Of a stretch of DNA of 64,000 bases, positions 27,032 to 36,382 are shown piece after piece. Where the stretch lies: contig OY970230.1 in assembly GCA_963714095.1 (NCBI GenBank), positions 596,084 to 660,083 on the forward strand. The letters run 5' to 3'. Position 1 is the stretch's first letter. Each line of letters begins with the position of its first letter. The notes under the pieces were generated by a model that made no database searches, was not told the DNA's origin, and was given only the letters and a program-made list of their open reading frames with translations. Position numbers and translations under genes: made by a program. This DNA comes from Candidatus Gottesmanbacteria bacterium (lineage in GTDB: Bacteria; Patescibacteriota; Microgenomatia; UBA10105; UBA927).

Positions 27032-29209
27032 TTATAGCTTTTTCGCGTACCGCTCGCGACTTGCGCGTATCACTTTCTCGCGGTTTTGGTTGCGGCTGCG
27101 CGGCAGGGGCAGGGTGACTGCGGAAAAAGGGTTACTCGTGTGATTGTCGATGGAAAGCTTCAAAACTATCTGAAAATTCCCCAGTCCCACAAGTTCCGAC
27201 TCCTCATATGACCCGCCGAACTCACGCGACAGAAGCCGCGCGTCGCCCGCCCCAACACTGAAGGTGACCATGGAACCGGCATTGCCAAAAATTGCCTTCT
27301 GCACATCTTCTTCAATCTGCCCGATATACTGGTTGGCAAGTGTAAGATTGAGGCGGTATTTTCGCGCCTCGGATAATATTTTGATAAACGACTGCGTCGC
27401 AAAATTCTGAAACTCATCGACAAAGAGGTAAAAATCGCGGCGTTCCTCCTCCCCCACATATACACGGTTCATGGCAGCAAGCTGCATTTTGGTAATAATC
27501 ATGGCACCAAGAAGCGCACTTGCATCCTCGCCGAGTTTCCCCTGGGAGAGGTTCACAATCACTATCTTTCCTTTGTTCATCATGTCTTCCAAATCAATCG
27601 TGGAAATTGGCGATCCGACAATGTTTCTAATCGTTTGTGAGGACAAAAATTGTCCGACCTTATTGAGAATCGGCGAGGTGGCTTCCGTTCGCATCTGCGG
27701 ACTCATTTTTGCAAATTCGTTCAACCAAAAATTCTTGAGGACGCGGTCGTCAAGTTTTTCAAGCACTTTTTTACGATACCGGTCGTTGGTTAATAATTCC
27801 GGGACTTGCAGGAGTGTTGAATCCGGCACGTGAAGAAGCGTGAGAATGGTGTTTCTAAGGATATATTCAAGCCGCGGCCCCCAGCTGTAGTGGTACAGTT
27901 TATAAAAAATGGACACGATGCCTGATGCAATAAGCTCGCGGTATGCCGGATTTTTCATTTCCAGCGGATTGAGATGAAAAGGATATTCCAAATCAGAGGG
28001 GTCCAAATACGCCACATCATTAATCCTGTGGGAGGGAATAAAATCCAAAAGGATATCACAGAGGTCCCCGTGTGGATCAATAACTGCCATCCCTTCCCCG
28101 TTTTTCATGTCGTTGATTGCCATATTGGCGATCATCGTTGACTTTCCGGTGCCGGTTTTCCCCATAATATACAGGTGTTTCCGCCTATCATCCTTTTTAA
28201 GACCGAACGTCGTGGTTGCGTTTTTAAACTCCGTCCGGGCAAAAAAATTAATCTTCTTTTTTTCCTCCTCGCTACTTGTGACGACCGGCAGATTTTCCGG
28301 TGCCTCCCCAGGAAGACTTGCGCCCCAAGAAATATTTTTAATCATCGCAAGCGTTGCCCCCGGCGGATGCCAGAGGGAGGCAAGCTCACTGGCGTTTAAT
28401 ACCTGATGGCGGGGTCCCGCATCTGCCGCCCTACTGACAAACGCACCCTCAAGTTTCTTTTTTTGCCAAAAAGCCGGTTCTGCGGTTGTAAGGCCGTTAC
28501 CATCTCCCAGCGTATAAACACCAAATGTCCCACCTACGCTGTACAAAAGTTCTTTTGCCCGCTCGGAGGAAGGAGCGACTCCTAACAACCGAATGGCGGT
28601 AATAAATCCCGGTTGAGCAATTTTTGATTCAATAAGGCGCGCCTGCGGATGCGAGCGTGTTCTGCCCGTTGTCGATGTCGGATCCGGAATACCGCGGGCA
28701 ACAACGGCTGCCGCGTTTCTTTGCCAATTCGTTCCGGCTGGCGCAACGCGGATTTGAACTGCAAGCGCCTCGCCTGCCGGAAGCTTCCCCATGGCACCCA
28801 ACACGCTTGCCAGAAGATCCAGGTCCTTCACTTCCCTGTACGTTCTCAGGGGATAATAAAATGAATTGGTGAACATCAATTGTCCTGACGCATGCGGAAG
28901 CTCCAAAAAATGCGGCGCCCAATCGGAAACCGGCGCCAAAAGCAGTTTTGGATACTGTGCCGTCAACTGACTCTCCAGATATCCCAGCGCTTTTGACGGA
29001 ACGCCGACAAAAAAATGGATCCTGGAATTTACCGCAACGATTTCGAAACTGAAAAACCACGGTCCGTGCCTGGGGCCGAAAAATCTGGATAACAATCCTC
29101 CGTACCCACCGCCGGAGGCAAGCGCCGCAAAAATCTGTTCCATTGCAGACGCCGGTTCTTCCGACTCGCGTGAGTTCTTTACTTCCAATAGTACCAGGGA
29201 TGAATCCAT
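27032..29209 (-). CDS. VirD4/TraG-like coupling ATPase (HerA/FtsK superfamily)
   Basis: DRRKHLYIMGKTGTGKST Walker A, IDPHGD, WGPRLEYIL, FVDEFQNF Walker B, LSEARKYRL, ANQY. Confidence 0.85.
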   Translation of the reverse strand: MDSSLVLLEVKNSRESEEPASAMEQIFAALASGGGYGGLLSRFFGPRHGPWFFSFEIVAVNSRIHFFVGVPSKALGYLESQLTAQYPKLLLAPVSDWAPHFLELPHASGQLMFTNSFYYPLRTYREVKDLDLLASVLGAMGKLPAGEALAVQIRVAPAGTNWQRNAAAVVARGIPDPTSTTGRTRSHPQARLIESKIAQPGFITAIRLLGVAPSSERAKELLYSVGGTFGVYTLGDGNGLTTAEPAFWQKKKLEGAFVSRAADAGPRHQVLNASELASLWHPPGATLAMIKNISWGASLPGEAPENLPVVTSSEEEKKKINFFARTEFKNATTTFGLKKDDRRKHLYIMGKTGTGKSTMIANMAINDMKNGEGMAVIDPHGDLCDILLDFIPSHRINDVAYLDPSDLEYPFHLNPLEMKNPAYRELIASGIVSIFYKLYHYSWGPRLEYILRNTILTLLHVPDSTLLQVPELLTNDRYRKKVLEKLDDRVLKNFWLNEFAKMSPQMRTEATSPILNKVGQFLSSQTIRNIVGSPISTIDLEDMMNKGKIVIVNLSQGKLGEDASALLGAMIITKMQLAAMNRVYVGEEERRDFYLFVDEFQNFATQSFIKILSEARKYRLNLTLANQYIGQIEEDVQKAIFGNAGSMVTFSVGAGDARLLSREFGGSYEESELVGLGNFQIVLKLSIDNHTSNPFSAVTLPLPRSRNQNREKVIRASRERYAKKL

Positions 29210-29242
29210 AATTTGATTTTAGCATAAGTAACCGGGGTAAGC

Positions 29243-29273
29243 CCGTGAAAACTCTAATTATCACTTTTCACGG
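29243..29273. promoter_or_regulatory. 9-bp perfect inverted repeat between divergent T4SS promoters
   Basis: CCGTGAAAA-13nt-TTTTCACGG. Confidence 0.45.
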
Positions 29274-29327
29274 TCCTGATGCGCTTTGTGCTATTGCGTG
29301 TCGCAAAAAACACCCGTAAAATAAAAA

Positions 29328-30665
29328 ATGAGCCCCTCTAAACACGGGGGAATGTTTGCATTAAGAAATATGGAACAACATCCTGTACCTCAAAACGTTA
29401 CCACGTTTCAATTCCGCCTCATCGGAGACATGACCATCAAACAGTTCGGGTATCTGGCGGGAGGGGCAATTTTAGGCTACATCATGTATAAATTACCACT
29501 GCCGTTTTTCTTTACCTGGCCACTGGCGCTTGTTTTTGCGGTCGGCGGTATCGGATTTGCCTTTGTGCCCATTGAGGAGCGCCCGATGGACGTGTGGGTT
29601 CTATCTTTTATTAAAAGCGTCTACTCTCCCACCCAATTCATCTGGTCAAAACATGTGCAAGAACCCCAGATCGCAAATTCCGCTCCTGTAGCGGTGCAAC
29701 AGAGCGTTAGCCCTGCGCCGTCAACGAGAAAAGGTGACATTCTCAACACTATTTTTCTTCCGGCCGCGCCGGCGGGCGGGCCGACTCCTGCAACCCGCGG
29801 AACTTCTGCCGCGCAAGGCCCTCTCACGCGATCTTCCAAACAAGGAAGCGCGTTTGATTGGTTTTTCAGTTTTTTAACGCCAAAACCAAAAACGGCGTCT
29901 CCGCCGGCTCCTCCGCCAACGACAGGACCGTTACAGGCAGGACAATGGTCGCAGGTGCCGGCGCGGCATATGGATTTCACACCTCCGCCGATCGTCAGAC
30001 CCGCAAAAAAAGTCACCCCGGCACCTGTGAATACGCAACAAAAAGAATCGGTCATTGAAGATAAATTAAAAAAGATTTCCTCTGAACTGAAGGATAAAAA
30101 CGCGACAGCGTCCCAGGCTACTCAACTTCAGACTCAACTGGACCAACTGCTTTCCGAGAGAGAGAAAATGGTTCAGGAGCTGGAAGCACTCCGCAAGCCG
30201 GCGGGCGCGCCGATCGTTGAGCCCGTGGTCGTAAACACCCAATCAACAACTACGACCACCACACAGACAGCGGCCTCGCCGACCATTCAGATTATTGCAC
30301 CCGGACGGGCGACAAAAGTTGGTCTTCCGCGCCTCACCACATTCCCCAATATTGTCACGGGAATCGTCAAAGATAAAGACAAAAACCTTCTGCCCGGCGT
30401 CCTTGTGACGGTAAAGGACAAAGACGGTGTTCCGCTTCGGGCCCTCAAAACGAACCGCCTGGGACAATTTGCGGCGTCAACTCAACTTCCCAACGGCACG
30501 TATCTTGTGGAAATAGAGGATCCGAGATTCCGCTATACGTTTGATCGGGCCCAAATTACCCTTAACGGGTCAATCGTACCCGCTTTGGAAATTTTTGCAA
30601 AAACAGAACAAGAAATAACACGGGCCAAGCTCGAAAAAGAACTGTTTGGAAAACCAAACATATAA
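29328..30665 (+). CDS. PrgI (VirB3-like) protein with Pro-rich linker, coiled coil and C-terminal beta-sandwich
   Basis: QHPVPQNVTTFQFRLIGDMTIKQF, two TMs, ERPMDVW; C-terminal GIVKD...LPGVLVTVKD..G.F carboxypeptidase-regulatory-like domain; start may be 29370. Confidence 0.8.
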   Translation: MSPSKHGGMFALRNMEQHPVPQNVTTFQFRLIGDMTIKQFGYLAGGAILGYIMYKLPLPFFFTWPLALVFAVGGIGFAFVPIEERPMDVWVLSFIKSVYSPTQFIWSKHVQEPQIANSAPVAVQQSVSPAPSTRKGDILNTIFLPAAPAGGPTPATRGTSAAQGPLTRSSKQGSAFDWFFSFLTPKPKTASPPAPPPTTGPLQAGQWSQVPARHMDFTPPPIVRPAKKVTPAPVNTQQKESVIEDKLKKISSELKDKNATASQATQLQTQLDQLLSEREKMVQELEALRKPAGAPIVEPVVVNTQSTTTTTTQTAASPTIQIIAPGRATKVGLPRLTTFPNIVTGIVKDKDKNLLPGVLVTVKDKDGVPLRALKTNRLGQFAASTQLPNGTYLVEIEDPRFRYTFDRAQITLNGSIVPALEIFAKTEQEITRAKLEKELFGKPNI

Positions 30666-30670
30666 ATACT

Positions 30671-31330
30671 ATGCCAGAACCCATTGTTCCGATTCGATCA
30701 TCCACACAACTATTCAGCGAAATAGAAACTGTTGACCGCGACATTATCATGTACACAGACGGTTCGTGTTCTATGGTTATAAGCGCAACTGCTGTTAATT
30801 TTGACTTGCTTTCCGAAAAAGAACAGGATGCGATCATTTATGCATACGCGGAATTATTAAATTCCCTCTCGTTCCCGATTGAAATTCTTATCCGCACGCA
30901 GCACAAAGACATTACCGCATATCTCTCTTCGCTGGAAGAAAAGGAAAAGAAACAGAAAAACCCGAAGATGGCAGCGGCTATTCATGGGTACCGACAATTT
31001 GTTGCGGCGACCGTTAAAGAGAAGGACGTGCTGGATAAAAAGTTTTACCTTGTGATACCTTTTTCGTTTCTTGAGCTGGGTATGGGAGCAAATGTCTTTT
31101 TGGGCGGGTCGAAAAAACGCAGTCTCCCGTACCCGAGACCATATATTTTTGAACGGGCGGTTACCGTCCTGACACCCAAAGGGGACCACATAATCCGCCT
31201 CCTGAGCCGCATAGGACTCCGCGCAAAACAGTTAACAAACGATCAGCTTATCCGGCTGTTTTATGAAATTTATAACCAGGGAGCCCCAATCGTAAACGAG
31301 GACAGTGTCCAAAAAGCGATCGGGACATGA
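30671..31330 (+). CDS. VirB4-associated protein (TraC/VirB4 N-terminal-like)
   Basis: STQ..EI, NFDLLSEKEQDAII..Y..LLNSLSFPIEI, KKFYLVIPF; between prgI and virB4. Confidence 0.7.
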   Translation: MPEPIVPIRSSTQLFSEIETVDRDIIMYTDGSCSMVISATAVNFDLLSEKEQDAIIYAYAELLNSLSFPIEILIRTQHKDITAYLSSLEEKEKKQKNPKMAAAIHGYRQFVAATVKEKDVLDKKFYLVIPFSFLELGMGANVFLGGSKKRSLPYPRPYIFERAVTVLTPKGDHIIRLLSRIGLRAKQLTNDQLIRLFYEIYNQGAPIVNEDSVQKAIGT

Positions 31331-31340
31331 TGACATAACT

Positions 31341-33302
31341 ATGAATATGCCGAAAAATGTTCAGGCTATACTGAAAACTTTTGTCAATCCCGCTCAGGAT
31401 CCCCTTTCGGGGAAAACCCCCACCGGAGGGCCCGCCTCGCCGGGTCAAGACGGGCCACTCACTGTTAAAGATCTGGTCGCCCCGCCGGCAATTGAGGTGG
31501 ATTTCGACACTATTAAAATCGGCGACCGGTATTTCCGGACGCTGTTTGTCGCCGGATACCCCCGGTTTGTGTCTGCAAACTGGCTTGAGCCGCTCATATC
31601 GTTCACCCACACGCTCGACATTGCGATGTACGTGTATCCCACCAAAAGCGAGGAGGTTTTGGAAAATCTCAAACGCAAGGTCGGCGAAATGGAAGCGACT
31701 ATCCAATCAGACGTGAATCGCGGCAGGGTTGTCGAACCCTCTGTTGAAGTTGCGCTCGAAGATGCGGTTTCTCTCCAGCAGGAATTGGCGAAGGGTGCAC
31801 AGCGCTTTTTCCAGTTTGCCCTCTATATCACCATACCGGCACAAACCGTTGAAGAGCTTAATAAAACGACGAAGCAGGTAGAGGCAACGCTCGCGGCGCT
31901 GCTTATTTTGACAAAACGGGCGATCCTCCAGATGGAAGAGGGGTTCAAAACAACGCTCCCTATGGGGCGGGACATGTTGATGATTACGCGCAATATGGAC
32001 ACCACGTCGCTTGCCACCACGTTTCCGTTTACCACATCGGAGCTTACGGCTAATGAGGGAATTCTTTACGGTATCAACGAGCACAATGAGAGCCTGGTTA
32101 TTTTTGATCGGTTTACGCTTGAAAATGCTAACACCGTCGTGTTCGGAAAATCCGGAAGCGGTAAAAGCTATATGGTGAAACTGGAAATTATGCGGAGCCT
32201 CATGTTTGACACGGAGGTAATCGTCATAGATCCGGAATCCGAATACGAGGCTCTCTGTCACGCACTCGGCGGCGAATATATCCGCTTCCATTTCGGCTCT
32301 GCCACAAAAATTAATCCCTTTGATCTCTCGTTATATACCCAGACCGCAGCAGGGAATGAAGAAAGCGAGCTGAATCAAAAAATACTGTCTTTACATGGAT
32401 TTTTCCGCGTCGTTATGGGCAAACTTACCCCAACTGAGGATGCTCTTCTGGACCGCGCACTTATCCTTACGTATAAACAAAAAGGCATTACCCCTGATCC
32501 TGCCACTCAAATGCTCGAGCCCCCGCTCATGGAAGATTTATACAAATCCCTGATTGGCATGGAAGACACGGGTGCCCAGGGCATGGCTGACCGCATAGAA
32601 AAATTTGTCAAAGGGAGCCTTGTCGGCATTTTCGACCAGCAGACCAACGTAGAAATACGCAATCAATTAACGGTGTTTTCGATCCGCGATCTTGAAGATG
32701 AACTGCGACCCATCGCCATGTATCTTATTCTTGACTACATCTGGACGAAGGTGCGGCGCGACACCAAAAGAAGAATCCTCGTTGTCGATGAGGCGTGGTA
32801 TATGATGAAATATCCCGACTCGGGCGAATTTTTAAACTCCATCGCCAAACGGGCGCGCAAATATTACCTTGGCCTTACAACCATTACTCAGGACGTCGAG
32901 GACTTCTTATCCGTAGACCTCGGAAAGTCCATCATCCAAAACAGCAGCGTTCAGATACTTCTCAAGCAGTCGTCTGCCGCCATTGACAAGATTGCCGACG
33001 TGTTTTATTTATCCGAAGGAGAACAACATTTGCTCCTTTCGTCCGATATCGGCGAGGGTCTATTTTTTGCCGGACCGGCCCATGCGGCCATCCGTGTCAT
33101 TTCCTCACCGGAAGAACACGCTCTTGCTACCACCAAGCCTCAAGATGCAGAACGAAAGGTGGAACAAGAAAAACAGGACGTGCTAAACGCCTCCGCCGCC
33201 AATCCCCCGCCTCACGTGATGATGGAAACAGAAGAATCCAAGCCTACGCGCCCGTCATTTACCGTTGAAACGGTGTCCCAACCGCCGGACAACACAAAAT
33301 AA
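31341..33302 (+). CDS. VirB4-like secretion ATPase
   Basis: FPFTT, NANTVVFGKSGSGKS, IDPESEY, INPFD, VVDEAW, KRARKY, ITQDVEDF; start may be 31305-31347. Confidence 0.9.
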   Translation: MNMPKNVQAILKTFVNPAQDPLSGKTPTGGPASPGQDGPLTVKDLVAPPAIEVDFDTIKIGDRYFRTLFVAGYPRFVSANWLEPLISFTHTLDIAMYVYPTKSEEVLENLKRKVGEMEATIQSDVNRGRVVEPSVEVALEDAVSLQQELAKGAQRFFQFALYITIPAQTVEELNKTTKQVEATLAALLILTKRAILQMEEGFKTTLPMGRDMLMITRNMDTTSLATTFPFTTSELTANEGILYGINEHNESLVIFDRFTLENANTVVFGKSGSGKSYMVKLEIMRSLMFDTEVIVIDPESEYEALCHALGGEYIRFHFGSATKINPFDLSLYTQTAAGNEESELNQKILSLHGFFRVVMGKLTPTEDALLDRALILTYKQKGITPDPATQMLEPPLMEDLYKSLIGMEDTGAQGMADRIEKFVKGSLVGIFDQQTNVEIRNQLTVFSIRDLEDELRPIAMYLILDYIWTKVRRDTKRRILVVDEAWYMMKYPDSGEFLNSIAKRARKYYLGLTTITQDVEDFLSVDLGKSIIQNSSVQILLKQSSAAIDKIADVFYLSEGEQHLLLSSDIGEGLFFAGPAHAAIRVISSPEEHALATTKPQDAERKVEQEKQDVLNASAANPPPHVMMETEESKPTRPSFTVETVSQPPDNTK

Positions 33303-33308
33303 CGCATT

Positions 33309-35738
33309 ATGGCAGACATCGACACAACCGTGTATGCATCGACAGACGAAATACGACGGGCGCTCGGAATGCTCAACGACCTACGAGAAAATAAACCGCT
33401 CGAGTTTGAGGGGATATTAGCGAAGAATCCCGATATAAATCCATTCATGCGCTGGCCGCTCCTTAAAGAGCCGACAGAGGCATTTTTACGCTTTTTTGAA
33501 ACTGCTACGCCGGTATTGGAGGGGGGCGCGGAGACCTCAACTCCTGCTCTTGGTCCATATACTGAAACCGTCAGCTCGCTCGGGTCGCAACGAAATATTG
33601 ACGCGAAAAAACTCGACGAGCTTATTGATGTATTTAATAAAGAGTATGCCGAGGCAAAGGAGGGGCGGGTCAACGCGGCCGCGGCGTCAAAAAAATTTGT
33701 CTCCAACTTTCTTGAATACGCAAAAAAGGCGGGCGTGCCGCTAACCGAAACACAGACTCCTCTGCCCCCGGCGCCACAACCTATCGAGGAGACTGAGAGT
33801 GCTCCGACTCAATATTCCGAACAGCCGCTCACGCAAACGCCCGCAATAGAAGCGCTCACGGGCACACCCGTTCCGCCGGAGCGCATAGAGGAAATTGCCG
33901 CTGCCGTCATTCAGCGACCTGAGCCACCCGATGCAAAAATAGGCATGTTCCATCTGTTAGAAACGTTTAGTTCTGAACAACCGGATAAAGCTGTCGATGA
34001 GATGCTTCCGCGCGCGGTTGCGGTTATAGAGGCATCGAGGGTTCTCGCTACCCCCGGGGGGTCTTATCCGATCGAAAAATCTTTTTCCGTACTTGCCGCC
34101 AATGGTTTTCAGGAAAGCGCTGCTCGGATTTTTGACGCTGTCGTCCCCGCTGCGGTCAAAGAGTCGATTGTAAGTGAAATGATCCTTCAACCTCTGGAGG
34201 CCATTGTTAACCATCCGGAATCCCTTCCAAAAAACATCATGGGTGAGATGATAAGCCGATGGGGATCAAACTTTGTTGATTCTCCGTGGTTTAACCAGCT
34301 GCGCGCCGACGCCAACCGCATGATGATCGACCAAAAAGGCGAAGCAAAAATTAAAAGCAGGGCTGCGCTTTTTGTTTCCGATCTTGCCACAACTGTCTTT
34401 CATGGGCCACTGGATAAAAACGCAGTTGGGGCAGACAAATTAGTTAAGATCTTAAATGGGGACGTTCCGCCTCTCGGCGGGGGCGCTGCAACCAAAAACA
34501 AACCGGCTCGGGCACCAGACAAGAACGTTTTACCTCAAGAGGCAAGATCTGCCGCCATAGATAAATTAATTCTTGCCCTAAATAGCGGTACTCCTTCTCA
34601 GGGCGGCGGCGGGGTTGCCTTAAGTTATAACGTTATTGCCTATATGGAAACATATAGGATTGTTGCTTCTCAAGGGGTCCCGATGGGTAACGTGTCCCGC
34701 TACGGCGGCGTCGTTCTCGGCTACGGGGGGCAGCTGATCAGGGGTGGAGCCAATTACGCCATTAAGACTGGGGCTAAGGCGATAGCAAAAAAGGTGGCGG
34801 CGAAAGCGGCCACCACTGCCGTTGTTGAGGGTGGGGTGGTCGCGGCCGGCACAGCTCTCGCGCCGGGAGTAGGAACCCTCATTGCCCTTGCTGTTGATTT
34901 TGTGGGTAAACTGGCGACAAATCTGATTAAAAAAGGTACCGCTGTTCTCAAAAGCGTTGCCTTCATGGGAAACAGCAATAGACCGGAGGACAATCTTCTC
35001 GCTGTTGGCCTTGGCGTCATTGCCCTTTTATTCTTTCTCCCGATTCTTCCGCTATTTAACATCCCCGCCTTTAACCAATCTATGATCGACACGTCACTTG
35101 CCACCAGTATAGGCGGGCCAACGGGGGCTACTGGTGCCGTCGGCGCCGCAACCCTTTCCTGTGCTGATACAAGCGGGGCCTACGTATACCAACGAGATCC
35201 CCTGTGGGCCGACTACACGTGTCAAGACGCGAACCCAAGTCAGCCCGCCTGCTCTGCCGCAAATACGTCTTGTACGATCGGCGACTCGGGGTGCGGGAGC
35301 GCCAGCACGACCATAATTTTAAAAGCGTTTGGAGACAACACCGACGTAAAAACGGTGTGGAACCAACAGCACTCAACCGGCGGATATCAATATGACGATG
35401 TCAGCAGTCCGCCTGGTTGCGCATCATATACCGGAGCCCCGCTAAGCTCATTCATGAGCGCGGGACTTTCCGTTGTCAGTCTCGGCGTAGACGGGTGGAG
35501 CGAGGCAGCGCACATACTTAACCCTGGGTGCGGACTCATTCTTGCCCTTGGACATGCTCATATTAACGGAGTAACGACCGGTCATTTTATCGTTATTACA
35601 GGAATTCATGAAGAAAACGGGCAAGTTACATCCGTGGACACACTGGATCCTGCCCAACCAACCTTAACCACACAAACTATTGTTGGCGCGAACGCAACAT
35701 TTACCGTGGATGTTGGCTTGTGGGGAGTAGTAAAATAA
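33309..35738 (+). CDS. Membrane protein with C-terminal peptidase C39-like domain
   Basis: Long cytoplasmic region, Gly/Ala-rich hydrophobic segment, TM, then YQRDPLWA...SGCG...GHFIVITG...LDP triad pattern. Confidence 0.7.
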   Translation: MADIDTTVYASTDEIRRALGMLNDLRENKPLEFEGILAKNPDINPFMRWPLLKEPTEAFLRFFETATPVLEGGAETSTPALGPYTETVSSLGSQRNIDAKKLDELIDVFNKEYAEAKEGRVNAAAASKKFVSNFLEYAKKAGVPLTETQTPLPPAPQPIEETESAPTQYSEQPLTQTPAIEALTGTPVPPERIEEIAAAVIQRPEPPDAKIGMFHLLETFSSEQPDKAVDEMLPRAVAVIEASRVLATPGGSYPIEKSFSVLAANGFQESAARIFDAVVPAAVKESIVSEMILQPLEAIVNHPESLPKNIMGEMISRWGSNFVDSPWFNQLRADANRMMIDQKGEAKIKSRAALFVSDLATTVFHGPLDKNAVGADKLVKILNGDVPPLGGGAATKNKPARAPDKNVLPQEARSAAIDKLILALNSGTPSQGGGGVALSYNVIAYMETYRIVASQGVPMGNVSRYGGVVLGYGGQLIRGGANYAIKTGAKAIAKKVAAKAATTAVVEGGVVAAGTALAPGVGTLIALAVDFVGKLATNLIKKGTAVLKSVAFMGNSNRPEDNLLAVGLGVIALLFFLPILPLFNIPAFNQSMIDTSLATSIGGPTGATGAVGAATLSCADTSGAYVYQRDPLWADYTCQDANPSQPACSAANTSCTIGDSGCGSASTTIILKAFGDNTDVKTVWNQQHSTGGYQYDDVSSPPGCASYTGAPLSSFMSAGLSVVSLGVDGWSEAAHILNPGCGLILALGHAHINGVTTGHFIVITGIHEENGQVTSVDTLDPAQPTLTTQTIVGANATFTVDVGLWGVVK

Positions 35739-35752
35739 GTTAATTCGGCATT

Positions 35753-36373
35753 ATGTTTAAAAAACTATATATTCCTTTAATAATATTTTTGGCTGTGTTG
35801 ATCGCGACTGCTGCATACATGCTCTACCCAAAAACCCCTCCGCTCCGGGTTGTTGCCACTAGCCCGACAGGCGGGGCTTCTTTAAACCCCTTCCTCCCCG
35901 TTGTCATCACGTTTAATCAGACGGTGAACCAAAACGAGGTCGCGATCACCATAGGTCCAACAACGGCTGTCAATATCACCGCCTCTGGAAAATCTATTCA
36001 AATAACCCCCCAAACGAAATTTAATCCAAACACACAATACAATATAAATGTTGGAACTAATCCTCCATACGCACTTACTTTTACTACCGAAAGCTCTGTG
36101 GAAAATGCCCCGGGTTGGAATCAGTTAATGAATCAGGCGTTTCAACAGTATGAACAGCAAAACGCAACCCAAGATGCGGCACTTAAAAGCATCAGAACCC
36201 ACGTTCCTCTTCAAGAAGGCGGGTTTACCATAAACTATTCCTATGCCAACAACACCTATACAATCACGCTTTCACCCCCGTACGATCAAAACAAGGAAAG
36301 TTTTTTGAATTGGTTAAATCAAAGCGGGGTTACTAATTTAACGAATCTCCGTTTAAATTATATTAATCAATAA
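35753..36373 (+). CDS. Membrane-anchored Ig-like (Big_5-like) protein
   Basis: N-terminal TM, TSPTGG...VVITFNQ...PNTQYNINV...FTT. Confidence 0.65.
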   Translation: MFKKLYIPLIIFLAVLIATAAYMLYPKTPPLRVVATSPTGGASLNPFLPVVITFNQTVNQNEVAITIGPTTAVNITASGKSIQITPQTKFNPNTQYNINVGTNPPYALTFTTESSVENAPGWNQLMNQAFQQYEQQNATQDAALKSIRTHVPLQEGGFTINYSYANNTYTITLSPPYDQNKESFLNWLNQSGVTNLTNLRLNYINQ

Positions 36374-36382
36374 CGAGCTTTT

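Noticed and set aside
18062-36373. Integrative conjugative element or prophage
   Set aside because: No integrase, relaxase, att repeats or phage structural genes; interleaved with core genes beside oriC.
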